A stretch of 64,000 nt of DNA from Octopus vulgaris (taxonomy: Eukaryota): positions 35,278,001 to 35,342,000 of the forward strand of contig OX597840.1 in the NCBI GenBank assembly GCA_951406725.2. Direction: 5' to 3'. Each line of letters starts with the position of its first letter. Position 1 is the first letter of the stretch. The notes under the pieces are model-generated. The model did not search any database and had not been told where the DNA came from. It saw only the letters and a program-made list of their open reading frames with translations. Shown piece after piece: positions 1 through 13,260 of this stretch. A program made the position numbers and the translations under genes.

Positions 1-111
1 TGCTGGGATTCGTCTGCATTTTGTTCTGCAATCGACAAAAGAAAAGAAAGTAAAAAAAGCAATAAATAATAATGGTTGCCACAGCATGGAGAAAGGACAT
101 TAAAAGAAGGG

Positions 112-395
112 GATGATGATGATGATGATGGGTATGATGGTGATGATGATGTGATGATGATGATGATGATGATGATGGTAATAATGATGATGATGATGAT
201 GATGGTGATGGTGATTATGATGATGATGGTAATGGAAATGATAATGAGATGATGCTGATGGTGACAATGATGATGAGATGGAGATGATGATGATGATGAT
301 GATGGATGATGATGATGATGATGGTGATGATGATGGTCATGGTCATGATGATGATGGTGATGATGATGATAACCATCACCATCAACATCACCATC
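112..395. repeat. (GAT/GGT)n trinucleotide microsatellite
   Basis: Direct reading of gatgat... tract. Confidence 0.95.
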
Positions 396-1145
396 TTGCC
401 TGGAGACAAATACCACATGTGGCAGCATTTACATCCTGCTGACAGAACATATACAATCTCATCACCATTTCTATCATCGCTGCCGCCAATACCATCGCCA
501 TGCTACTGGAAATAGCTCGGAAACCACATGATGGTTCTGTCTTTTGTCTCCGGTTGTCAATTCAATATCTGCCTCTTTCTACGATGCTACATGAAATCTG
601 TCTGCCTGCCAATTGTCATCTTCCAAGTGGCAGGTCATGACATGAACTTATTTAAAACTTCTCAAAATAAAATCGCCCCCACCCAGAAAATGGTGATGCC
701 TGGGACCTCTGAACCTTACCCAAGGAACCAGACAACTGGTTAACCCTGTATGCCTATAGCATGGCCTTGGATACCAACTATGGTAATATCCCCCTAGAAC
801 CCATGTCGTTTGGAGAACACATTCATAAATGACCTTAGGTTCTGACCCTCAGCTCCAAAAGTCTTTAAATCAGGACCAACCTCCTCAAGAATGCGTAGCA
901 AATCAAAAGAGGGATATTCCCGAAATTGACTCTCGGGGTCAGCTACCAAACCTGTCTCAAAGAAATAGAAATACAGGACAGAAATCGACTAAGGAGGAAT
1001 ATATCGAAATTATGCACGCTTATAATTATTCAACACTAAACCTAGAAACATCAACCACACCAAAAGAGGCCTACAATATCTGGAGATGCCAAAACCCGCA
1101 TAGGAGGCTGTACATGGACAGTAATAAACTAGGAGCTATGAGATA

Positions 1146-1630
1146 TGATGATGATCATCATCATCGTTTAACATCCGTTTTCCATGCTAGCATGGGTTGG
1201 ATGGGTTGATCGGGGTCTGGGAAGCCAGGAGGCCACACCAGGCTCCAGTCTGATCTGGCAGTGTTTCTACAGCTGGATGCCCTTCCTAACGCCAACCCCT
1301 CTGTGAGTGTAGTGGGTGCTTTTTACGTGCCAGGCGAGGCTGGCAATGGCCATGATTGGTTGGTGCTTTTTACGCGGCACTGGCATGGAAGCCAGTCAAG
1401 GCAGCGCTGGTAACAACCATGTTCGGATGGTGCTTTTTATGAGCCACCGGCACTGGTATCACAACTACAATTTCCATTGATTTTTTGATCGATTTCGATT
1501 TCACTTGCCTCAACAGGTCTTCGCAAGCAGAGTTTTGTGTCCAATGGCTACATCCCAGGTAAAGGCCCCGGGTTATGGTCTCACTTGTCCTGCTGGGTCT
1601 TCTTATGCACAGCATATTTCCAAAGGTCTC
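1146..1630 (-). mobile_element. 5'-truncated RTE LINE 3' end with (GAT)n tail, nested in the Dong element
   Basis: Reverse complement matches the 3' UTR that follows the RTE ORF end at 39860-40365. Confidence 0.85.
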
Positions 1631-1776
1631 GAAAATATAAAAGTCTAACTGATAACGAAATTGACAAAATAGTCAGATCAGTCAAAAGTCAGCTCAACCC
1701 ATGGGCAAAAAGCTCTGAAATGATTAGCTCAAACCAGCAAACTGGGTACACAGAACCCTATGAAGGTGAACCATCA

Positions 1777-2572
1777 TACATGGGTCATACATATCATCAT
1801 CTGGAAAAGATTTTCTGACTAGAAAGGGTATGGCCTGGTCAGCCTGTAATGACATGCATAAGATCTGGTCATCAAATCTAAGTAGAGACTTCAAACTTGA
1901 AATCTTCAAAGCCACAGTCGAACCAATTCTACTATATGGCTCAGAAACCTGGACGTTATCAAAGAAGCTTGAGAGGCGGTTGGATGGAACCTACACTCGC
2001 CTCCTTATGAGAGCTCAAAATCTCTCGTGGAGGCGCCATCCAACCAAAGTACAAATACATGGGAAACTACCACCTGTGTCATCTCTTGTGAAAGGTAGAA
2101 GAGTCCTGTTTGCTGGACATTGTTGTAGAGCTGAAAACGAGGTAATTTCTACTCTTCTCCTCTGGAAGCCATCTACTCGCAATGCCAGAGGGCGCACACT
2201 CTTCAAGAGGCGGTTGGATGGAACCTACACTCGCCTCCTTATGAGAGCTCAAAATCTCTCGTGGAAGTGTCATCCAACCAAAATGCAAATATATGGGAAA
2301 CTACCACCTGTGTCATCTCTTGTGAAAGGTAGGAGAGTCCAGTTTGCTGGACATTGTTGTAGAGCTGAAAACGAAGCAATTTCTACTCTTCTCCTCTGGA
2401 AGCCATCTACTTGCAATACCAGAGGGCGCACACTCTCCTACCCTGATGTAATCTCCAGGGATACAGGCATCAAGCAACAGGACCTCCGTAATGCTATGAT
2501 GGACCGTGAAGTCTGGCGTAGCATGGTATATTCCATTGTCTCGACCACGGTCGAACAATGATGATGATGATG
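1777..2572 (+). mobile_element. 5'-truncated RTE-group LINE (second family) with in-frame 234-bp internal duplication
   Basis: ORF 1830-2561 has LLYGSETWTL, RRLDGTYTRLL and RRVQFAGHC motifs; (TGA)n tail; accatca repeated on both sides as a likely TSD. Confidence 0.88.
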
Positions 2573-3387
2573 GACCATCAGTTGATGTTAAGAACACGAT
2601 AAATGATTACGTCAGCAATGAACTGTTGGATGGAAGACTAGAACAATATCTGATACAATTACGTCAATCTTTCCACGAAAGAGCAGCATTTCCCAAAATT
2701 ATTAATACTAATAAGAACAGAAAAGTAATCAAAGAAGTTGATTAAGCGCTTGGAGAGCTTGTTGAGAACAGAGAAAATGCCCTCAGAGTGATTGATCGAC
2801 TTGTTTACTCGGCTGCTTGTGTTGCGACTCAGAGATGCGGAATTAAAATTAGAGATGGAGAAGGAAAAAGTGCAATGTACACAAACAACCTGGATAGAAG
2901 GAAAGAATGAACCGGAAAATAATCCAGGCAAGAACAGAAATAGCTTTTCTACTTGAAACCAGCAGAGGGAAAACTAAAAAGAACAATTGCTAAACATGAC
3001 CTTCACAAGGAAACAAAGGATACACAGATTGAAATCCTCAAACGAAAAACCACAATTAAAAAACAAAAGACTGGCAAGATACGACAAAACACTCAGGATT
3101 CCTTAGAAACAAAAATTACTATTCAAGGAGAACACAAAAAAATTCTACAGGGAACTGGGGAAAAATACCATTATTGTGAAAACACCTCCTCCCCAACAGC
3201 AAACTGAAGGGTTTTTGGAAAAACATTTGGAGAAATCCAAAGGAGTTTAATCAGAATGTACATAGGGTCAGGGACATAAAAGGGGCCCAATGCCCTCTTC
3301 AAATATCAAGAATGGCAGGATATAAGAACTGAAGAAGTGAAAGTGGTGCTCGCCAAGTCAAAGAAATGGTAGAAAATCTTTGGCCAG

Positions 3388-3915
3388 AAAATTAATCATC
3401 TACTCTATATGGATGATCAAAAAATGTTTGCCAAAAATGACAAAGAATTAGATCTTTTGAATATTATCAAAGAATTCTGATATAGGTATGGAATTCGGAC
3501 TTGATAAATGTGCAAAAGCTACTTTCAAGGCAGAGAAGTTCGTAAAGGCAGAAAACATAGAACTTGATACTACCACAGCTATTTGAAACCTAGACCAATC
3601 CAAAGTATACAAATATCTGGGAACCGATGAAAGTAATGGTAACCAGCACTCTAAAATGACAGAGAAAATCCGCAAGGAATACTACCGAAGGGTAAGAATG
3701 GTCCTAAACTCAGAATTAAATGCTGCTTAGGGAATTAATGCAATCAATTCTTTGGCCATACCAGTAACCACATATAGCTTTGGTATCATTAGGTGGTGTC
3801 TCACTGACATGCAGAATATGGAAGGAAAGGTCCATAAAATCTTTACAAGGTACCGAATGCACCATCCAAAATCAGATGTAGACAAGATTTATCTTCCAAG
3901 AAAAATAGGTGGAAG
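3388..3915 (+). pseudogene. Reverse transcriptase remnant of the R4/Dong element
   Basis: Translates as INHLLYMDDQKMFAKND, DIGMEFGLDKCAK, YKYLG, AINSLAIPVTTYSFGIIRW and HHPKSDVDKIYLPRKIGG, with stops and frameshifts. Confidence 0.9.
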
Positions 3916-4242
3916 CTCAAACAATCCTTCAAATTAGTAATAATAGGCCTTGAAATGAACCTTAATACAACAAGAGATGTGCTCTTCTGAACTGCATTGA
4001 AGCATGAAGATTCCAAGCAAGCTTCAGTCATGAAGCTTAATAAGAAATTTAAAAAGTCTCTTGGCCTACAAGTTAATAATAAGAATGACCAAAAGATACC
4101 AAGATAATGACAGACCTACCATTGCTTCTCCTAATTTAGAAATTAACAAACAGAATGATCAACAAGATCCAAATAGTGACAAACCTATCACTGACGCACA
4201 TATATATCATGGGATTCTTTCAGTTTCCTTCTACCAAATTCA

Positions 4243-4291
<49 letters not shown>

Positions 4292-4354
4292 CTTCTTTGT
4301 ACCTTTCTAATCTTGTCTGCTCATGGGAAAATATTACCTTACTTTGAAATGAGG

Positions 4355-4587
4355 GAGGGTTAGTGACAGGAAGAGCATCTGGCTGTAGAAAGTGTTCCCA
4401 GACAAATTCTTCTTGACCCATGCAAGCATGGAAAAGTGGACATCAAATAATGATAACAATGATGATGACAATGATGATGATGACGATGATGGTGGTGATG
4501 ATAATGATAGCTATGATGGTGATGATGATGATGATTATGACATTGATGACGATGACAGCAATGATGACGATGATGGTGGTGATGATA

Positions 4588-4619
<32 letters not shown>

Positions 4620-4710
4620 AATGATGGTGGTGGTGATGATGGTGATGATGATGATGACAATGACGGTAATGATGATGAGGATTATGATGGTGATGATGAT
4701 GAAGATGAAG
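4355..4710 (+). mobile_element. RTE-type 3' end whose tail runs into a long (GAT)n microsatellite
   Basis: acccatgcaagcatggaaaagtggac terminus, then about 260 bp of GAT/GGT. Confidence 0.7.
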
Positions 4711-4878
4711 AATTTTTGTCGGACAAAGTTGATGGTTCCTGAAATACAAAGATGTGATGGGCGGTGGGTGGGGTGGGGTGCATCCGACTGTAAGTCTTCC
4801 CCTAGGTGCACGACCACCTTCCCCTTCCACGACCACCACCGCTAACGTTAGCAACAAGACACAAAAGAGTCCACTCAC

Positions 4879-4920
4879 CTGCCAAATGGTAGCCAACCTC
4901 TGAGTATCCTCTGCCGACAT
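4879..4920 (-). CDS. Candidate exon of unknown gene (MSAEDTQRLATIWQ; reading frame uncertain)
   Basis: Unique sequence ending in a consensus donor CAG|GTGAGT; ATG at 4920. No homology recognised. Confidence 0.3.
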
Positions 4921-4967
4921 GGAGACTCAGTCTGTTCAGAACTGACATAGTTTATGCAGCAGCGGCA

Positions 4968-5125
4968 GTAGTAGTAGTAGTAGTAATAGTGGTGGTGTGG
5001 GTAGTAGTAGTAATAGTGTTGGTGGTGGTGCTTGTTGTGGTTGTTCTGTTGATGTTTTCTTGGTGGTGGTGTTAGAGGTAGGGGTAGTAGTAGTAGTTGT
5101 GGTGGTGGTAGTAGTAGTGGTGGTG

Positions 5126-5157
<32 letters not shown>

Positions 5158-5380
5158 GGCGGTGGTAGTAGTCGTGGTGGTAGTAGTGGTGATTGTAGTA
5201 GTGGTAGTGGTGGTAGTAGTGGTGGTGGTAGTAGTAGTTGTGGTGGTAGTAGTAATAGTGGTAGTAGTAGTAGAGGTGGTGGTAGTAGTAGTGGTGGTAG
5301 CAGTAGTAGTAGTGGTGGTGGTAGTAGTAGTGGTGGTGATGTTTGCAGTGATGGTTGTGGTGGTGGTGGTAGTAGTAGTT
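4968..5380. repeat. (GTA/GTG)n microsatellite
   Basis: Direct reading. Confidence 0.95.
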
Positions 5381-5544
5381 GGGGATCTGAGGAAGAGCTG
5401 TCGTTGTTGCTGTTGTTATTTAGCCCCAGGCCAGCCAGTCTGCATTGGACAGACTTATACTCAAAGACACTCCAGATGTGACCATCCTGTCTTGTTACAT
5501 ATTACAACCTACACTGTCCAGTACATACATCCTTTATGTAGCGT

Positions 5545-6010
5545 GTTGTGTGTGTGTATGTATATGTGTGTGTTTGTATGTGTTTGTGTATGTGTGTGAG
5601 AGAGAATGAGTGTGTGTGTGTGGTGATTGTATGTGTGTGTGTGTGTGGTGATTGTATGTGTGTGTGGTTGTGTGTTTGTATGTGTGTGTGTGGTGATTGT
5701 ATGTGTGTGTGTGGTGATTGTATGTGTGTGTGGTTGTGAGTTTGTATGTGTGTGTGTGGTGATTGTATGTGTGTGTGTGGTGATTGTATGTGTGTGTGGT
5801 TGTGTGTTTGTATGTGTGTGTGTGGTGATTGTATGTGTGTGTGGTTGTGAGTTTGTGTATGTGTGTGTGTGGTGATTGTATGTGTGTGTGTGTGTGTGTG
5901 GTGAATGTATATGTGTGTGTGTGGTTGTGTGTTTGTATGTGCTTGTGTGTGTATATCTGTCAGTGTGTGTCCGTGTGTTTGTATGTGTGTGTGTGTGTGT
6001 GTGTGTGTGC
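5545..6010. repeat. (GT)n-based compound minisatellite with recurring ggtgattgtat
   Basis: Direct reading. Confidence 0.9.
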
Positions 6011-6179
6011 GATTTAGCTGCTATTTCTCACAGGCCTAGCTGCTCCTCTACGGGATACCTTGTATTGTTGTTAACCATAGATTAAACCCAACTCTGACTG
6101 AGCAGACCCAGTGTTCCAACCTTGACCACCTCTTGCCATTTTATTTGGTTATTTCCAAACAGCTTCACAGAAGTTCCTG

Positions 6180-6634
6180 CTGTTGTTGTGGTTGTGGTAG
6201 TTGTGGTTGTTGTTGATGTTGTGCAGTGTTACAAAGTGTTGATCTTGTTACTGTACTTAATGCTGTTAAATGTAGTAGTAGTAGTAGTAGTAATGATGGT
6301 GGTAGTAAAAGTAGTGGTGGTGGTGGTAGTAGAAATAGTAGTAGTAGTAGCAGTAGTAGTAGAAGTGGTGATGGTAATAGCAAAAGCAACAGCAGTGGTT
6401 GTTATTGTTGTTGTTGCTGCTGTTGCAGTTGTTAACCACTGTTGTTGCTTAGTAGTAGTAGTAGCAGCAGCAGTAGTGGTGGTGGTGGTAGTAGTAGTAG
6501 TAGTAATAGTAGTTGTAGTAGTAGCAGTGGTAATAGTAGTAGTAGTAGCAGCAGCAGTTGCAGTAGTGGCAATAGTAATAGTAGTAGTAGTAGAGGTGGT
6601 AGTAGTTGTAGTAGTAGTAGCCGCAGCAGTAGTG

Positions 6635-6668
<34 letters not shown>

Positions 6669-6722
6669 CAGTAGTAGTGGTAGTGGTTGTTGTTGTTGTT
6701 GTTATTCTTCTTGTAGTTGTTG
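6180..6722. repeat. (GTA/GTT/GCA)n microsatellite
   Basis: Direct reading. Confidence 0.9.
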
Positions 6723-7129
6723 TCAATTGTTGGAGTTGTATAATCCGGGAGCGAAGTGACCCCTTTTTTCCAAATCGAAGCGAGGAGAGGTTCCCACACA
6801 TCAAGGTCCCCAACGGAAGTTTGTTTTTTGGAAATGCACAAATTTCCCCCAAAGATTTCTCCGAGCGGAAACGAAATGAATTCTTGCGAAGGACGACGGC
6901 GCCCACCAGCGTAATAACGTCCGACTGATTCTGTACAGCATGGAATCAGTCTTGGGAATGGCCTCGAAGAGAGACAGAGGGGTGGATGGGGGTGACCGGG
7001 TAGATGGAAGCATATAGGTATATTTGTGGACAGACAGACAGACACACACACACACACACATTTGAATAAAGAAAGAGACTCACAAGTACATACACACCTT
7101 GGAAATAGAGCAGCTGCAAAATTTTGTTT

Positions 7130-7829
<700 letters not shown>

Positions 7830-7830
<1 letters not shown>

Positions 7831-7866
7831 TATGTATATAAATACACAAATACACACATATATATG

Positions 7867-7902
<36 letters not shown>

Positions 7903-8034
7903 ACTATGCGTATGTATGCATAAGCACACAGATGCATGCATATATAGTATGCGGGTACTCAGTATTTCAAATATGCATGGAGAAATGACGGAGGGTGGGG
8001 TGGGGGGTGGAGTGGGGGGTGGAGTGGAGTGTAA

Positions 8035-8077
<43 letters not shown>

Positions 8078-8379
8078 AGCAAACAGACACACAGACAGAC
8101 GCAGATAGATAGTTAAACAAATAGCACAACATATTTACATGTATGTATGTATGTTTGCATATATGTGTGTGTGTGTGTGTATGCGTATGTATGTATGTAT
8201 ATAAATACACAAACTCACACACATATATATGCATGTATGTAATATATATATATATATATGTTATATGCGTATGTATGCATAAGCGCACAGATGCATGCAT
8301 ATAAGTATGCGGGTACTCAGTATTCCAAATATGCATGGAGAAATGACGGAGGGTGGGGGTGGGGGGTGGAGTGGAGTGT

Positions 8380-8414
<35 letters not shown>

Positions 8415-8520
8415 AGCAAACAGACACACAGACAGACGCAGAAAGATAGTTAAACAAATAGCATAACATATTTACATGTAAGTATGTATGTTTGCATATA
8501 TGTGTGTGTGTGTGTGTCTG
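7830..8520. repeat. Local tandem duplication, two copies of about 360 bp
   Basis: gcgggtactcagtat..ggagaaatgacggagggtgggg..(GA)n..gcagcaaacagacac occurs at ~7950-8130 and ~8310-8470. Confidence 0.9.
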
Positions 8521-8577
8521 CGTGTGTGCTATTAAGTTAGACACGGCCTAGGACAATGCTAGCCAAAACTTATCTAA

Positions 8578-8612
<35 letters not shown>

Positions 8613-8628
8613 CATGCATATATATATA

Positions 8629-9870
8629 TTGGGTCATCCCATAAATAATGCAGTTTTTTCAATTGCATGAAATAAAACTCAGAATGTGTGAGGAATATTA
8701 ATGCAGTATATGGCAATCGGACAATAAGTATAAGCCAATGTCAACGGTGGTTCCAGAAATTCCGAGCTGGACACTACAGCTTAGAAGATGAGCCTTGTCC
8801 TAAAAGATCTATAGAGCTCAATGAGGAACATATTTGGCATATTTTGCTTTATGAGTTCAATAAAAGCAACAACACAACAGAATGTGTGAGGAATATTAAT
8901 GCAGTGTATGGCAATCGGACAATAAGTATAAGCCGTTGTCAACGGTGGTTCCAGAAATTCCGGGCTGGAAACTACAGCCTAGAAGATGAGCCTCGTCCTG
9001 GAAGATCTGCAGAGCACACTGAGGATGTCCTGCAAAACCTGGTGGAACAAAATCCCATTGTAACTGTTGAGGAACTAGCAGACAAGGTTGGATTTTGTCA
9101 TTCCATCATTCATCAATCTGTGCATGCCATTGGAAAAGTCAGTAAATTGGGTGAATGGGTTCCTCACAAACTTTCTGAGTCTAATCACATGCAGAGAGTG
9201 AATGTGTGCTCCTCTTTGCTCTCACGTCTCATGAATGAACCTTTTTTGGACCAAATACTGACTGGTAATGAGAAATGGGTTCTCTATAAAAATGTCAAGT
9301 GCCAAAGACAGTGAATAGGGAAAGGAGAAACACTGGAACCCCAGGCTAAAGGAGGTCTTCACTAACATATGGGATATGGAAGGTTTAGTCCACCTTGAAC
9401 TTTAAACCCAAACCAAACGATAACAAAGGAGATCTATTGTGAGCAGCTTGAGTGGCTAAGGTCAGCGATAGAAGGAAAATGATTGTCTTTGGTTTCAAGA
9501 TGAAAGGTGTTCTTCCATCAGGATAATGCTTGACCACATACAGTGAGGATGACATTCCAAAGGCTGGGGCAGTTTGAATGGGAAACGATGCCCCACCAAC
9601 CATATTTGCCAGACATTGCCCCATCTGATTATCATTTATTCCGCAGTCTTCAAAATCATTTGGACAAAAAAAATATGAATTCTGTAGATGAGGTCAGGAC
9701 AGTACTAGAGGAGTATTTTTCGACACGGACAAGGAATTTTGGAAGAGGGGCCTTGCAAGTCTAGCAGATAGATGGAAGGGCATTGTAGAAAATGAAGGAG
9801 AGTATATTTTAGATTAAAAAAGAACTTTGTCTTAATTTTGAAAAATAAAAGATGTATAAAAAACTGCATT
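8629..9870 (+). mobile_element. Decayed mariner-like DNA transposon
   Basis: HTH region, WVPHKL, TGNEKW (first catalytic D to N), HQDNA*PH and YLPDIAPSDYHLFRSL motifs; left TIR after TA; only the inner part of the right TIR (aaaaaactgcatt) remains. Confidence 0.93.
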
Positions 9871-10154
9871 CTTACATGAATTACATGAAGGGTACACGAA
9901 GGGTCTGTCAAGGGCTCAATCACTTGCGCACATTAATTTTACAAGATGGCCATTCCATTGATTGGCTCAACTGGAAACCCCATTTTTGTAACTGATAGAG
10001 AGCCAGCCCATATGTATGTGTGTGTATATGTGTATAGATGTTCTTCTTGAGAACTACGTTAAGGGTACACGTGTCTGTGAAGTACTCAGCCACTTACACA
10101 TTATTTGTTTTACTGATTGGAACCCTCATTGTCGCAACTGATGGAGAACCTGTA

Positions 10155-10658
10155 TGTGCGTATGTATGCATGCATGTATATGTGTGTGTGTGTGTGTGTG
10201 TATGTATGAGTGTGTGTATGTATGTGTGCATGTATATGTGTGTGTGTGTGTGTATGTATGGGTGTGTGTATGTATGTATGTATGCATGCATGTATATGTG
10301 TGTGTGTGTGTGTGTATGTATGGGTGTGTGTATGTATGTGTGCATGTGTGTGTATGTGTGTGTGTATGCGTGTATGTATTTATGTGTTTGTTTGTGTATG
10401 TATGTGTATGTGCGTATGTATGCATACATGTATGTATGTGTGAGTGTGTGTGTGCATGTATGTGTTTGTGTGTATATATGTGTATGTATGTGTGCGTATG
10501 TATGTACGTGTATGGGTGTGTATGTATGTTTGTGTGTGTGTGTATGTATATGCATGTATGTGTGTGTGTATATATGTGTATGTATGTGTGTGTGTATGTA
10601 TGTATGTGTATGTATGTGTATGTATATTTGTATGTATGTGTGTATGTATATGTATGTA

Positions 10659-10695
<37 letters not shown>

Positions 10696-10830
10696 GTATG
10701 TATGTATGTATGTATGTGTGTGTGTGTGTGAATGTATATGTATGTATGTGTGTATGTGTATATATATGTATGTATGTATGTATATATATATGTATGTATG
10801 TGTGTGTATATATGCAAGTACGTATGTGCA

Positions 10831-10862
<32 letters not shown>
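10155..10862. repeat. (GT/GTAT)n compound microsatellite
   Basis: Direct reading. Confidence 0.95.
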
Positions 10863-10863
<1 letters not shown>

Positions 10864-10998
10864 CTACCTGCTATAAAGGTAACAAGTTTAACCAGCAGCG
10901 CTCAGAGGAGCCACGATGGTGAACGTTGTAGCTGTCACCTTTCCATGATTTACACAGATTTATAAACCTCAGATTGCATACGTTATTCTATAACTTAC

Positions 10999-11013
10999 GG
11001 CCATGTTTAACAT
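10999..11013 (-). CDS. Candidate 15-nt microexon (DVKHG in phase 1)
   Basis: tactgttgcAG|atgttaaacatggcc|GTAAGT; phase-compatible with the exon at 18691-18771. Confidence 0.3.
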
Positions 11014-11067
11014 CTGCAACAGTACAAGGCATGTGTAGATGTACAACACACACACACTATATCTGTA

Positions 11068-11108
<41 letters not shown>

Positions 11109-11169
11109 TTTTCTGTACTTGTTTCAGTCATTTGACTGCGGCCATGCTGGAGCACCGCCTTTTAGAGTG

Positions 11170-11330
11170 GTGAAAGAGTACAGCAGGGATCACCACCTCC
11201 TGCCGGAGCCTCGTGGAGCTTTTAGGTGTTTTCGCTCAATAAACACACACAACGCCCGGTCTGGGAATCGAAACCGCGATCCTCCGACCGCAAGTCCGCT
11301 GCCCTAACCACTAGGCCATTGCGCCTCCAC
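11170..11330 (-). mobile_element. tRNA-derived SINE head, family B
   Basis: A-box-like tggcctagtggt and B-box-like gtttcgattcc; related to the copy at 28322. Confidence 0.8.
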
Positions 11331-11331
11331 A

Positions 11332-11363
<32 letters not shown>

Positions 11364-11387
11364 CATATATGTATATATACATATATG

Positions 11388-11422
<35 letters not shown>

Positions 11423-12414
11423 GTATATGTATATATATGTATATATACATATGTATATATACACATATATGTATGTACATATAATTATATATATATATAT
11501 GTATATTTCTATATATAGGCATGTGTGTATATGTAAACAGTAGTATATGCACACAACATGCGTATATATATATTTATCAATACATACACACACACAGACA
11601 CACACATTTGCATTTCTATGATTGTGAGTTTGTGTCCGTATATATGCATGTGTAAATACATGCATGTTTATATATATATATATATATATGTAATTATATG
11701 CATGTCTATATATACACATGCACACACACACACATATAATATACATACGTATATATATATATATATATATTTATATGTCTGTATATATATATATATATAT
11801 GTGTTTGTATATATATATGTGTGTGTGTGTGTATATACATGTATATATATATGTGTGTTTGTATATATATATATATATATATATTTATGTGTATATAAAT
11901 TGCTTTGATGTTGTTATACATGTTTATTTAACAATCCACGTTAAGCAGCCAATCCTGGTTCGTTAAGTGGCTCTCATTAACTGAGAGACACCAACACAGT
12001 CTGATAGGGAGTTGAAGACATTCACGGCACAAACGAGAGGTCCAGCTAATTACCTGACCTTTTGCCGACCTTTCCCTGGCAATTCATTAACCCCCTCAAC
12101 AGAGCTGTACAACTCTGCCGTGGAGTTAATTAAACAGGTGAGCAAATTAGTAATTTACTGGACATTTGTTTGGGCACCTGAGAAATTGATTTAACAATTA
12201 ACTTGACCGTTAATTACTTAATTATGTGGTCACTGTGAAACCACTAAAGAGCTGATCGTTTGTGATATGGGTGGAGGAGCTGGGGCTGGAAATGGTCACA
12301 TGTGAAGGGTTTACTCTTTCTCTGTCGTCTCTATGTATGTGTGTGGAGGTATGTGGCTCAGTGGTTAATGGACTCATGATCATAAGATTGCAGTTTCAAT
12401 TCCTGGACTGGGTA

Positions 12415-12915
12415 CTTATTTCATCGACCCTGAAGGGACGAAAGCCAAAGTTGGCTTTGGTGGGATTTGAACTCAGAACATAAAGACAGCTGAAATTCTT
12501 ATTTCTTTATTGCCCACAAGGGGCTACACACACAGGGGACAAACAAGGACAGACAAATGGATTAAGTCGATTATATTGACCCCAGTGCGTAACTGGTACT
12601 TATTTAATCGACCTTGAAAGGATGAAAGGCAAAGTGGACCTCGGCGGAATTTGAACTCAGAACGTAGCGGCAGATGAAATACCTATTTCTTTACTACCCA
12701 CAAGGGGCTAAACACAGAGGGGACAAACAAGGACAGACAAACGGATTAAGTTGATTACACCGACCCCAGTGCGTAACTGGTACTTATTTAATCGACCTTG
12801 AAAGGATGAAAGGCAAAGTCAACCTCGGCAGAATTTGAACTCAGAACGTAGCAGCAGACGAAATACCGCTAAGCATTTTGCCTGGCGTGCTAACGATTCT
12901 GCCAGCTCTCTGCCT
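12415..12915 (-). mobile_element. tRNA-derived SINE family A, tandemly iterated
   Basis: Repeated gaaaggatgaaaggcaaagtcgacctcggcggaatttgaactcagaacg units; many copies in the window. Confidence 0.9.
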
Positions 12916-12950
12916 TAACTTCTTTCAGTTTCTACCTAGCAAATCCACTA

Positions 12951-13220
12951 GCGGAGACACATGGCTTAGTGGTTAGGGAGTTGGACTCATGATCAAAAGA
13001 TTGTGGTTTCAATTCCTGGACCGGGTGATGCATTGTGTTCTTGAGCAAAATCCTTCATTTCACATTGCTCCAGTCCACTCAGCTGGCAAAAATTAGTGAC
13101 CCTGCGATGGACCAGCGTTCTGGTTTAGGTGTTTCACTCATAAACACACACATCGCCTGGTCTGAGATTCAAACCTGCGATCCCTCAACTGCGAGTCTGC
13201 TGCTCTAACCACTAGGCCAC
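12951..13220. mobile_element. tRNA-derived SINE (+) joined to a family B head (-)
   Basis: A/B boxes at 12960-13020; 13125-13220 matches 54895-54990. Confidence 0.75.
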
Positions 13221-13260
13221 TAGGTGGGGATTTATACGCTATAGAAATCAAGAAACTGGT

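Larger units (their letters stand above)
829..4190 (+). mobile_element. Decayed, internally deleted R4/Dong-clade non-LTR retrotransposon with two nested insertions
   Basis: N-terminal-like KEEYIEIMHAY..AYNIWRCQNP (829-1145) resumes after an insertion as KSLTDNEIDKI (~1633); RT and thumb motifs follow at 3390-3915. Ends are approximate. Confidence 0.8.

Noticed and set aside
8688-9764. Active or domesticated transposase gene
   Set aside because: Catalytic D to N change, internal stops, deletion and truncated right TIR.
12054-12177. Minus-strand coding exon (ttctcAG..CAG|GTAATT)
   Set aside because: Stops in all three frames; kept only as a possible regulatory island.
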